64,000 nucleotides of DNA, from NCBI GenBank assembly GCA_030704615.1, contig CM060732.1, positions 62,248,001-62,312,000 on the forward strand, read 5' to 3'. Each line of letters opens with the position of its first letter. Position 1 is the stretch's first letter. The translations under genes and the position numbers were made by a program. Of the stretch, positions 24,980 to 37,030 are shown piece by piece. This DNA comes from Takakia lepidozioides. Lineage: Eukaryota > Plantae > Bryophyta. The notes beneath the pieces were generated by a model. That model saw nothing but the letters and a program-made list of their open reading frames with translations, did not search any database and was not told the DNA's origin.

Positions 24980-26583
24980 GTGATTGAGGTGATATTATTA
25001 AATTTTGAAACTGTTGAAACAAGGAAGGTGAGATGCTTGCCGAGGATCGTTGACGGTGATGTTTTGTATGAGCTACCGCCCACATCGAACACATCTCCAG
25101 CTGGGCAGCTTGAGGGCATGGACCGCAAATACGACGGGAATCCATGGACGGTCACAAAAACAACCAACATCAAGCTCCCGCTCATTGGTTCAAAAGGCGG
25201 CGCTGTGAGGTGACGTTTCCATTTTCAGTGGTGGACATTGCCATACGTCTTTTTCTAGTCGGTGTAGACTTACATTGCTTGTCCAGGTAGTGCCACAATC
25301 GTATTCGAGTACTAACCAACTTTCACATGGCAGATATGTTTACTGTGTTGGAGCGTTGAGGTGCGTCCGGGGAACGTGCCCATTCTTCGTCAGGGAGGGA
25401 GCGCACAATGAGATGCACTGGTTGGGGCACTCCGAGGTACAGTTCAAGCCACAGAGCCAAGTTCCGCCAAACACCTTTGTATGCGCAGTGTGCAATCATG
25501 CACCCACGTGCATGCATATTTGCCCCGCGAAAATGTTTTACGTCCTTGGTCCACCAACAATGACAAGAGTAGCCGTCCATGTTGGGAACCACTCACACCC
25601 CTCTGCACCTGGGCTGTGTTGGGAAGCAGCAGCAAAGGCAAAAAGTGCCATTGTAGAAGAGATCCAAAGGTCACCCTCAGCCAGGCCCAAATCAGTTGAG
25701 CTATCTGTTGCTGAATCTATCGTCATGGAGAAGGTGTTATCTCCTGGTGCAACGAAGAGGTGGGAGCTATCTGATGAGCAATTCGAGGAGCTTATGGAAG
25801 AAGTGGGTGCAGTGAGCAGATGTGGTATTCGTTACGAGACACAGAAGACAAAAGCGGCAATGGGGATTGGGAGCGATGTGGAAGCGTTAATGACAATGAA
25901 AAGTTGGAGCGGGTACGACTATATCCAGGGCAGCCGTTTTCCAGGTCAAGGGAGTGTGGATGAGAGATACTTTATCTTCAAGATGTCAACTGTTGGTAAA
26001 GGTTGTGGAGTCCTTTTGGTGGACATGATGCGGGTCGGTGGTGAGCTGGGGTCGAGTTGGATTATGTTCGACAACATCAAACGAATGCACAATGGCGTGT
26101 CACGTGTACCATTCGAATTACCGGAAGATTATGACAATCGCAATCTGTGAAATGAAATCGGAGGATACAGCATCACAAGTGATTATGTGGGAGTGCATCA
26201 ATGATCAGATGCGAAGAGCAGGGAAGGGCCAACCACAATTCCGAGGATTCATGGCCGACAATGCAAATGCCAACTGGGCTGCTGTGCGTATGGTGTATGG
26301 CGGAGGGGAACCTGTGCCCGATCGAGAAAGGACATGTGGCTTCCATTGGGGCCAGAGCCTGGACAAATGGACAAAAAAGTATATATTGCAGGACCTTCAA
26401 AAAGCACATATACAGTTGTGTACGAAATGGAGAGCAGCAAGTTCTAAGGCGGAAGCGGAGGTTTCGTTTGTGGCGATCCGTGCCTGGTGGTCCTCCTCCG
26501 GTGCCGTGCGAGACGATGACGTTCCTGCGCTGGAAAGCTGGCTGTCGTGGTGGACATACCGATACTACCAATTGGGAGTATAA
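24980..26583 (+). pseudogene. Mutator-like DDE transposase with GCM-like N-terminal Zn domain (element A), 3'-truncated
   Basis: MDRKYDGNPW, CVGALRC, CAVC..C..C..HVGNHSHP, MFDNIKR (D1), FMADN (D2), CGFHW (CxxH). Intron 25210-25333; frameshift near 26085. Confidence 0.8.
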
Positions 26584-26636
26584 GTTTGCAATGTAAGTCT
26601 TCGGCTTCTACAAACACTGTATATGCACTTCGGTGA

Positions 26637-27720
26637 TGTTGCGGCACCGCACTCAGTTTTGAGGGGAGCTCTATCACTTCCATTGTAGGCCGAGGTGAAT
26701 AACTAAGTCTTAGAGACAGCAGGATCTGAAACGGAAGCCTGAGAGGGACATGGAGAAACTGAGTGCGATGGCGCACTCATTTCAACTGGATGCTTGCCGA
26801 TCGCTTGGGCATTAGGGAAAGAGGAAGGTGATGTTCATAGTTTAGGTCCGTGAGACACTGGAGTGGTCACCCTGAACTGAGTGCGCCACCGCACTCAATT
26901 TCTGAGCTCCATGGAATCATTGAGTTGCTATTGACTGAGGTGAACAGTAGATAGAAAGTGCAATTATTCCATAGTGAGATCTCTTATGAGTTCTGAGAAT
27001 GACATTATGTCTAACCTGGAAACTGAGTGCGTTGGCGCACACTGTTCCGTGGTGTGATCGACAATGTTTTTGGACAGACGTGAAGAGCCCAATGAACTCA
27101 AAACAGAAGTAGGCAGACATAATGGATGGCTCCCAAACTGAGTGCGCCACCGCACTCAGTTTCGGATCACCATAGAATGGTCAATTTGCAAATGACAGAC
27201 GTGAAACGAAAGTTAGAAAGTGTGTTTCAGTCAAAGTGAGATCTCTTTTGAGTTTTCAGATAGACAGAAACGATAACCTTGAAACTGAGTGCGGTGGCGC
27301 ACTCAGTTCTAAGGTGAGGTCGACCATCTTTGTGGACAGAGGTAACGACCCAGGTGTGCTCACAAGAGAAAGCAGGACAGAGTGGAGGGCTCCCAGAAAT
27401 GAGTGCGCCACCGCACTCAGTTTTTTGAGCACCTGTAGATGGTTGATTTGATGATGTCTAGAATGAAGATTCTGCCTCAGTTTCTGCCTATAGAATGAAG
27501 TACACAATGTGGAAGAGGAAGTGACAAAGGAGCCATTGACTGAGTGCCTGCGATGAGCATGATTTCTTAGATGTCATGGAAGGTGTCCAAAAATGAGTGC
27601 GCCACCGCACTCAATTCCGGTTGACAGGAAAGGAGGGTTATGTGTGTAGTTTTGGAGAACTGATGTTTGTCTGTTCCGATCCTTTGTCAGTCTTGCAAGT
27701 GAGTGCGCCACCGCACTCAA
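26637..27720. repeat. Tandem array, ~262-bp units, carrying TGAGTGCG-N4-CGCACTCA palindromes (element B)
   Basis: Palindromes at ~26637, 26759, 26878, 27023, 27139, 27285, 27400, 27594, 27700. Confidence 0.9.
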
Positions 27721-28199
27721 TGCTTGTAGGTGCCAGATCAGGAAAATGTAACTGTGGAATGACGGAAAGGCTGTAATTGTGGGAGGTGCAGGGGAGGAAA
27801 AGAAAAGGATTGCAGCCTGAGAAGCAGCAGCAGCAGGAGGAAGAAGTGACGCCAATTGAGGTTCCAGCTTCTTGGTAAGAACAGTGCAACACGGGAGCAA
27901 ATTTCCAACTTACCGGAGCATGGATTGCATACTTTTGGCTTCCCTCGGTTTGTGAGGGCATGCATACTTGTCACAGTTCATTATTAATAAAAATGTCTCC
28001 TTTGAACCAAAGTTCCACTTTTTGTGCAATGTTGCATTTGTTGAATGTTGACTTTTGGCAGTGAGGGTCTCGCACTCAATCTTGCAATCACACCCACTGG
28101 AATGCCACCTCTGTCAGTTCCCTCTGTCCATAGGGAAGGTGCTTACACGCTCGCCCCCCCCACGCTTCTTGTTAGACGCCACAATTATTGGTTTGTGCA

Positions 28200-31100
28200 G
28201 CGCATCTGCACTGGTTATATACCTTCTGACTGCATACCGTTGGCAGTTATTGCGCAAAGGCCAGGGCCCGCATTCTTGGACTACAACAAGTTCGCAATTA
28301 AATCCGTTACATGCCTTCCCGCAGACGTCGACAGTAATATCTTCTTTGAGTTCCCTCCTCGAACAAACTATTCGAGGGCGTCCGGAATGTTGATAGATAT
28401 GGATAGGAAATGTCGCGCACCTCACTTTGGTAAGCTCCCCCTCAAGTCATAGTTACTCGCTTTGATGCGCGCATCTGACTCCCAACCTGGCCGCCGGTCC
28501 AACTTGGAGCTTCGGCTGCTCACCGGGGCATAACGGTCCCCCTTTGTTCTCCCAAAGAACCCTCCACCGATTTGGAACCAGCGGGAATTCCCTTTGGTAG
28601 TTGGCAGTCCGGAACAGCTCCCTACTCTTTGGTCGCTTTCCGGCTCGCTCGCTTACTCACTAGTTTTTGGTCACCAACGGGCTTGCACCGTTCTCGGGGT
28701 TACTACTCCCTATATATACTTCTGTAGCTGTCCGCGGGGGTTTCATAACCAGCCATGCCATTTTATGGCGAACCACCACGAAAACCCTCGACTCCCGGTG
28801 ATGAGTCGCGGTGAGTCTTGGCCCACTCACCACGGCCCCTATGGACCGTGATGAGTCCCAAGACTCCCCACGACTCCCACCACGAGGTCTCCGCCCCCAT
28901 GGTGAGTCCTATGCCACCCCACTAAGTCCCGCTAAGCTACCACCACCCCTTGTGGAGCCACCCCCACCGCAACCCGGTGTGCGGGGCTCCACCTAGTGAG
29001 CGCCTCCACTTCCCTGAGTGCCTTGGGCACTCAAGGGTGCTTCAGCCCCCCCCCCATACCTATCGCTGCCGCTGCCCCCACCACAGGGGCAGCCCCTCGT
29101 GTGTCCCGACCCCTTGCCCTCAAGGCAAAGGGTCGCGACAGGAAACATGACAGTCATCCTTGGTGCGTCACCAAAACCACCAGCATGAAGATGCTCAATG
29201 GTGTGCGGGTGCGCTACGTTGTTTGTGCGGGCGCGTTGCGGTGTTTCTCCCAACTTGCTTCCACTTTAAATCCAGAGGTCACAGGAACGAGACGGATTGG
29301 ACAGACACAGCTCATCAACCATTTCGAGCTCAGGAGAAGGTTCTCCACATTTAAGTGTGCACATTGCAAAGAACCACCACATTGCATGTCTGTTTATAAT
29401 GCCAAGCAGTTCTATGTGTTGCACCGTTTCCCTGACCTCACACGAGCTTGCATACACGTTCCCATTGTCACAAATTGGCGAGGGGTAACTCGCGGGAGGC
29501 TGCCCACGAGGCAGAGCAGCTCGTTCAGGAGGAGGTTAAGTTGAGACCTGGTGCCAAACCCAAACAGATACAGCTGCAGGCCGCCCATAAGATGGCATTG
29601 GCCAGAATTATGTCGGAAGACGGCTCCGACAGAGTTCCTCTCGATGAGAAGGAAATGGAGGCATTGCTAGAGTCGGTGTTCCACGTCTGTTCACCGAATG
29701 TCCAAAACCACATTGTCTCCTGCAAACAGAGAATTGGGCGTGGCTCGGATATGCAGTCCATTTTGGAGGTGAAGCGACGATGTGGATATGACTACATTCA
29801 TGGAAGTAGATTTCCAGGACCAGGGACTGAGGCAGATCGCTGTTTCGTATTCAAAATGTCAACGTGTGGGCCTGGCAGCGGCGTCGAACTGGTCCACCGG
29901 ATGACGAGTGGGGACTTGTCAAACAGTTGGGTCATGTTCGACCATATTAAGCGAATTACAAATCATCAGTGGGTGACAATGGGTGCACATGTCTACGACA
30001 CCCACTGCAGGATGCTAATGACAATTGTTATTTGTGAGATGAAAGGAGAGGACACACAATCGGAGATGCTTCTTTGGCAGGGAATAAACGAACAGATGGT
30101 CAGGGCAGGATTTCCCCCTCCCAATTTCCGTGGTTTCATGGCGGACAACGCACAAACAAATTGGGCTGCCATCCGAAGGGTGTACGGGGAAGACCCCAGT
30201 GTTCCGATGAAAAGCAAGGAGAGATCTTGTGGGTTCCATTTTCTGCAGAGCTTGTCGCAGTACACAACCAGGCTCGTGGCGCCAGATTTCAGAGAGGAGC
30301 ACCGTTCCATGTGTCTTGCGTGGAAGTGTGCTCCCACCTTGGATGATGCAGATACACAGTTTGCATGTATACGGGCTTGGTGGACAACGTCAGGTGCTGT
30401 AAAGAAATCAGACGAGGGAGCAATGGTCAGTTGGCTAGCATGGTGGCATTATCGTTTCCTCCAGTTCGGCGACTATATGCGGGAGGTGAGTTGGACGAAT
30501 TTGCGTCCCGTTGAATATTATGCTAGCTACTCATTATTTGTAATTTGCTTGTAACCTGAACATGTGCATGTGCAGGAAATGTGTCTTGACTCCAACACCG
30601 ACATGCCGACAACAAAACATGGCCGAATCAGTACATTCTTCCTGGCGTGCCTCCTCTGTGGCGCATCTGGTGGACATCCTCACTGCCACAAAGGAGGACA
30701 TTGTGAGGTCAATTATGCAGCAATGCAGGTACAACGAGTTCTTGAAACACGGGACCACGAGGGAGCGTGTGAATATTCTTGTCAACTCGCCATGAATCCT
30801 CTTCTCCGCCAGGTGCCTCGTCAAGTCTTCGTCTCACTGGACGGGTGTGAACATCTCCTCCCAAGTGTTGGCCACTTCGAAGCAATGGCGTGTCCCGAAG
30901 GCCCTCTCGCAAGGCTGCCCCCCACTTGCGAGGATTCTTCGATCATACGGCCAAGGAGTTCAGGGAGTTCACTCAATTTGCTTGCAAGCGATTAAAGCAA
31001 GTAGCTACAGGGGTTAAGAGTCCAGACATGGTCGGGAAACACTGGAAGAAAAGGCAGGATTCAGGAAGTTTGGCGGTTGACAACAAGAATCAGTGAGGAA

Positions 31101-31365
31101 AAAAAAAACAAGAAGGGGGCGATGATTCTGATACTATTGGTTCTACATAGGAACCTTTTGACATGGCGAAGGACTATGCACTACAGATGGCAGAGAAGAA
31201 ACGACGGGGATCTCCTATGCCTGAGAGGTTACCTCGTTATCAACCACAGGAGGGTCAGACATTTCCATTTGGTACTCAATCGCCTCCATCAGCCAGTGAC
31301 AGGGCTCGGGCTCGCACACAGAGCCCTCCAAAGGACTCTCACCGTCAGAAGGGTGCTCGCTCACA
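28200..31365 (+). pseudogene. Mutator-like DDE transposase with GCM-like domain (element B), disrupted by a solo LTR and frameshifts
   Basis: MDRK|HDSHPW, CAGALRC, CAHC, MFDHIKR, FMADN, CGFHF, WWHYRFLQFG, NMAESVHSSW (E), DSHR. Intron ~30486-30576. Confidence 0.8.
28411..29140. mobile_element. Solo LTR (730 bp) inserted in the transposase
   Basis: TGTCGCG...CGCGACA termini; TSD GGAAA (28406-28410, 29141-29145). Removal restores MDRKHDSHPW, matching MDRKYDGNPW in element A. Confidence 0.92.
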
Positions 31366-31390
31366 AAGGTTTGTTGATCCTAAATAGTAA

Positions 31391-32466
31391 ACCGTGAGGA
31401 CACGGCTTTTTGAGAGGGGGAAGGGTAATGTTAGAGGGCTGTCTGGGACTTAGACACTTTTATGGGCTCTGTGGGGTACCCTTAATTTTTGTGCAGACTT
31501 ACGGATGGTAGACTTAGACCAACAGAGGCCTGAGGGGTGACAGACACAGGCTTTAGGGGTGGTAGACGGGCTTACACACTCAGTCACAGTTTTACACAGT
31601 CGTACACAGCCTATCATAGTCTATCACAGCCATACACAGCCTTATATAGCCCGACACAGCTGTATATAATCTGTCACAGTCAATCACAGCCTATCACAGT
31701 TAACCACAGTCTATCACAGCTCGACAAGCTTTGCACAGCCCGACACAGCTTTACACAGCCAGTCACAGCTCGGCACAGTCACAGCCCGACACAACTTTGA
31801 ACAGCTCGTCACAGCATACGTAGGGAAACGGTTATCATTGGCAGGGAACGACTGTGTGGGAACAACATCTGCAGAGGGAACATGCTTACTTCTTGAGATG
31901 ACAGTTAGTTAGTTAGGTGGTTAGAACAGCTTGCAGGTAGATAAGGCAGAGTAGCAACTTGGAGGACACTATTTCTACGGGGAGCACTTCTTGATCAGGA
32001 GCGGAGGAGATCAGGCGGAGAACTGGAACTGGAGCAAGGATGGAGAGTACAGTGATGGAAATGATGCGATCTGCTGGTTTGGAGGAATGCAAGCTGTAGA
32101 GTTAGACTGTAGAGAAGATTAGGGACACCATGGCTTCGGCTTGATACATGACAAATCTTAATCTGACACCTATTCGATATAATCACACTGTGCAGAGAGA
32201 CTTGAGTGAAGCTGTGGAATGAATGGATGAGTGAATGGAACCTGGAAGATTACTGAAGCAATCTGATGCTTAAGTATACACAATGAGGTAATTTGTTAAC
32301 ATGAAAGCAAGAAGAAATACAAACAGGAAGCACAACCATGATACACTAGCTCTAGATCATGACTGATTGTTCCGAGCGGGCTGAGTGCTTAGAGATATCC
32401 AACTCTTCTATCTTGGAGTTCCCACCTTGGATAGCAAAGGGATGGGTGAGTAAAAGCCGCTCGACA
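31391..32466 (+). mobile_element. Ty3/Gypsy-type 3' end: polypurine tract plus LTR (31429-32466)
   Basis: GTGAGGACACGG-TTTTT-GAGAGGGGGAAGGGTAA immediately precedes TGTTAGAG; ends CTCGACA; internal CACAG microrepeats at 31575-31815. Confidence 0.7.
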
Positions 32467-33711
32467 CCCTGCTGTGACTCCACACTGGAATACTCATAAC
32501 CCTCTGTATTGGCAGTGGGCATTCTCTTTCAGCAACAAGTCCCTCTCTGACGCAGGGGGCCTTCTGATATTTCAATCTGACGACATGGCATCCCGCCGGA
32601 TTCTTCATAGCTACATGAAGTCCTCTAGGTTCCAAATCAACAAAATATGGACATGTATTAATACCCTGCCTTTTTCAAAGGGGGAGTTTCTAGGGCAGAA
32701 GGTATTTCCTGTGACTTTCATTGTCTTCGTTTGTGTTGTCGTGGAATACCCATAGTTGCTGACAAATTTCCATTGGTGCTGGTGCAGACCTCTGTGTTCA
32801 AGGCGATTTGCCTGTCTCGAATTTGGCCTACCAACACTCCAAATTATGTTGGGCATTTCGACGTTTGGGGAGGAGGTGTGCATATAGACCCAGATTCACA
32901 ACTATGTGGAGGCGTCCCAGACTTTGAAAAAGGCTAGAGGCATTCCATGGAGAGGTAACCGGGAGAAGTCGCCCGCGTTCATGCAGACCTTCATTGAGAC
33001 ATGCAGCCGGCATAGTGGCAAAGTGGTAGACCTCTCCATGGGCACAGGTGCGTGCCAAAACACTTCTCAATTCTTTGTTGCACATGTTCCTCTCCTGTTT
33101 TGGCTTGTGACATGGTTTCTTGCTTTCATTCGCTATCCTGTAGGGGCTTCGATCCATGCCTGCAAGTGTGCAGGAAGACATCTTTTTGGGTTTGAGGGGG
33201 ACGAGGAGCTTTACTCTTGGGTCATCGCTCCACTCTCTGAGGGATCCTTGCATTTGACCCAGACTGAGAAGATTGTGGAGGAGCAGGATCTGCAAGAGCT
33301 GGATGCTTTGGATGTGGATTCGGATTTTTCATGTGAGTAAGTGCATGTTCTATTGTGGCATCTCATAGACCCCAGGACGCATCATTTTGGTTTTCCTTTT
33401 TGTTGCAGAAGTTTGGCTTCCAGAGAATTTACGAAGTTTACTCATTGTTGTGTGGTTGCAGGAGTCCCAGGACGCCACGGTTTTTGCCATTCTTTGCCAA
33501 CCTGAAATTTTTCCCAAGTCCTCCAGCACAATTTCATTTGCCATCTTATGCGGAGGCTGCGGCTACGGAGTATAGTCTACTGGCATCTCCCCCTTCTCTG
33601 CTTCACGACAGACATGGTTTTCAGCAGAGCAGGGCTAGCATCTTTGTGGACAGTTCTGCCTTCGTTCTGAAAAGTGCGTCCTATAGCAATGGATCTTCTT
33701 TGTCCGAATGA
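32467..33711 (+). pseudogene. Second beta-class DNA methyltransferase-like cargo gene, 3' part
   Basis: PHWN..LSDAGGLLIF..WTCINTLP; WRGNREKSPAFMQTFIETCSRHSGKVVDLSMGT|GASIHACKCAGRHLFGFEGDEEL; last exon FHLPSYAEAAA resembles YDLPPYAAAEA in element A. Confidence 0.75.
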
Positions 33712-33989
33712 ATCGATTCTTTTGAAGGGTTTGTTTAAAAACCACGAGTTCACCTGTATGCCTACTATATGATTTCCCCTACCCTGTGGATTAACGATGG
33801 ATTATGCGCATTTGTGCACAAATTCCATCTCAACTAGTTGTTTGTCCAGTGACAACACTGTTGGCACTTCACATGTTAGGAATCATTCTGGTTTTCATGT
33901 AGATTGGAAATCCATGTTGATACATGTGCTCAGGATATTTCTACCCAACTTAATTTTTAAAATGGTGGTTCTACAGCTGACTCATCCAG

Positions 33990-36900
33990 CAATCAATATA
34001 TGAAGCGAGGTAGTTTGTTTTGTTTTGTTTTGTAGCGTCGTTGAGATCTCCCAAACCACGGGGCCCAGCCCTGGTGCTTGGTGCTGTTGAAAAGCCCTCG
34101 ATGAGGAGGGGTGCACCGGCTTGGTCTCATAATTTTTGGACCTGCGTTGTGGGAGATATGGAATTTCAAGTACTTTTGGTCGCTGGCAATTCAGGAAAAT
34201 AGCAAAGTGGGCTTTCGTGGAGCAATGATTGGCCCTTCATGTGGGAGATTTGGAATTTCAAGTGCTTTTGGTCGCTGGAAATTCGTCAAAAATAGCAAAG
34301 TTGGGACAATGATTGGATATATCAATATATGAAGCCTCAATAGGAGACACACTTGGATACATAGGAGATTGCACTTGTTATATGACATTGGACACTTGTG
34401 CCAACGACCGACCAACAAAATTTGGACCTACGGGCCGAAAATTATAGAAATATGAACAATTTTGGTCGTTGAAAATTAAACTAACAAAATTAAGTGTTGG
34501 AATGACACTGGAGATCGCACTTGGGCCTCTACATGGGAGAAGCACTTGGATACATAGGAGATTGCACTTGGGCTTAGATAGGCCTTAATATAGGAGACGC
34601 ACTTGGATAAGTAGGAAATTGCACTTGGTCTTCTATTTCAATTCTTCACACATGGGCCAAAGCACAGGCTACCCTAGTCAATATATGAAGCAAGGTAGTT
34701 TGTTTGTTTTGTTTTGTTTTGTTTTGTTTTGTAGCGTTGAGATGTCCCAAACCGCGGGGCCGACCCTGGTGCTTGTTACCTTCGGCAAGCCCTTGATGAA
34801 GAGGGGTACACCGGCTTGGTCTCATGATTATTGGACATGCGGTGTGGGATATATCAAATTTCTAGTACTTTCGGTCGCCGAATATTCGTGAACAATGATT
34901 GGATATATTATTACTACTCAAAAATAAAATTGGTTTTTTCAATATATAAAGCAAGATAGTTTGTTTTGTTTTGTTTTGTAGCGTTGCGATCTCCCAAACC
35001 ATGGGTTTGGCCACAATTTTAGTACCGTTGGAAAGCCCTCGGTGAGTAGGGGTGCACCGACTTGGTTTCACAAAATTTGGACCTATGGGCCGAGACTTAT
35101 GGAATTATAAACAATTTTGGTCGCTGAGAATTCAACTAAAATTACAAAATCAAGTGTTGGAATGACACTGGAGGTCGCACTTGGGCCTCTACATGGGAGA
35201 AGCACTTGGACACATAGGAGATTGCACTTGGGCTTAGATGGGCCTTAACATAGGAGATGCACTTGGATACATCACTTGGTCTTAGATTTCAGTATATTCT
35301 TCACACATGGGCCAACGACACAGGCTACCCTAGTCTATGTATGAAGCAAGGTAGTTTGTTTGTTTTGTTTGTTTTGTAGCGTTGAGATCTCCCAAACCGC
35401 GGGGACCGGGTGCTTGGTACCGTTGGAAAGCCCTCGATGAGAAGGGGTGCACCGGCTTGGTCTCATGATTTTTGGACATGCAGTGGGGGAGATATGGAAT
35501 TTCAAGTACTTTTGGTCGTTGGAAATTTGTGAAGAATAGAAAAGTGGGCTATCCTAGAACAATGATAGGATATATTACTACTCAATAAATTCATGGAAAA
35601 AAATAAATTGGTTTTTTCAATATATGACTAAGGTAGCCTGTGCCATTGGCCCAAGTGTCCAGTGTGCAAGTGCAATCCCTATGTATCCAAGTACGTCTCC
35701 TATGTCGAGGCCCATGTGTGAAGAATTGAAATCTAAGCCCAATTGCAATCTCCTATGTATCCAAGTACTTCTCCCATGTAAAGGCCCAAGTGTGACCTCC
35801 AGTGTCCAATGTCATCTAAGTCCAAGTGCAATCCCCTATGCATCCAGAGACCTCAGTTTGGGAGATCTCCACGTCATTGTTGCAACAAAGCCCACTGTGC
35901 TATTTTTGCAATCTCCCCTGTCGAGGCTTCATATATTGATATATCCATTTTGCTATTTTTGCAAATTTTCAATGACCAAAAGTACTTGAAATTCCAAATC
36001 TCCCACTTGAAGGGCCAATCACTACTCCATGAAATCCACTTTGCTATTTTTCCCGAATTTCCAGCGACCAAAAGTACTCAAAATTCCATATTCCCACACC
36101 GGGGGTCCAAAAATCATGAGACCAAGCCGGTGCACCCCTCCTCATCGAGGGCTTTCCAACGGCACCAAGCACCGGGGCTGGCGCCCGCGGTTTGGGAGAT
36201 CTCAACGACGCTACAAACAAACAAAACCAAACAAAACAAAACAAAACAAACGTCTCGCTTCATATATTAATAGGGTACCCTGTGCCGTTGGCGCAAGTGT
36301 CCAGTGTCATCTAAGTTCAAGTGTAAGATCTTCTATGTATCCCACTGCGTCTCCTGTGTTGAGGCCCAAGTGCGACCTCTAGGGTACCATGTGCCTTTGG
36401 CCCATGTATGAAGAGTTGAAATCTAAGACCAAGTGCAATTTTCTATGCATCCCAATGCTTCCCCTATGTCAAGGCCCAACTGTGACCGCTAGTGTAGCCT
36501 ATGCCGTTGGCCCATGTGTGATGAATTGAAATCTAAGTCCATGTGCAATTTCCTACGTATCCATGAAGTGCGTCTCCTATGTCGAGGTCCCAAGTGCAAT
36601 CTTCTATTTATGTATCCAAGTGCATCTCTTATGTAGAGGCCCAAGTGTCCACTGTCATGTAACTTGCCCAAAGTGCAAGTCTCCTATGTATCCAAGTACG
36701 CTCCCATGTCAAGGCCCAATTTATTTTTTTCCATTAACTTATTGAGTAATAATATATCCATTCATTATTGATGCTCCAATCATTGGGCAGCCTATGTCCT
36801 TGGCCCAAGTGTCTAATGTCATCCAGGTCCAAGTGCATCAATATATGAAGCAAGCCATATCTGATCATTTTTTTTCCACAAAGCTTAGACCAGATTTGAA

Positions 36901-37030
36901 CCGGAGACCTTTCCCTTTATATCTCTCTTGTCGAGGCTCCAACCATTGTCCCAAGAATTCCCACTTTGCTATTTTTCAGGAATTTCCAATGACCAAAAGT
37001 ACTTGAAATTCCACATCTTCCACACCGCAC
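33990..37030. repeat. Modular satellite-like repeat block (left)
   Basis: Shuffled modules such as CCAAGTGCAATCTCCTATGTATCCAAGT, AAAGTACTTGAAATTCC and CCGGTGCACCCCTCCTCATCGAGGGCTTTCCAACGG; orientation flips near 35620. Confidence 0.9.

Larger units (their letters stand above)
15853..26595. mobile_element. Large Mutator-like element A: transposase (+) and divergent ParB-like/methyltransferase-like cargo gene (-); right end truncated
   Basis: GGGG start plus CATGAGC repeats at the left end. About 30 copies of one palindrome family (ATAGTCG-N4-CGACTAT) span 16049-25272 and link both genes. Confidence 0.65.

Noticed and set aside
19454-27720. Regularly spaced palindromes as a CRISPR array
   Set aside because: Spacers are themselves repeated in tandem units, no cas genes are present, and the context is eukaryotic introns.
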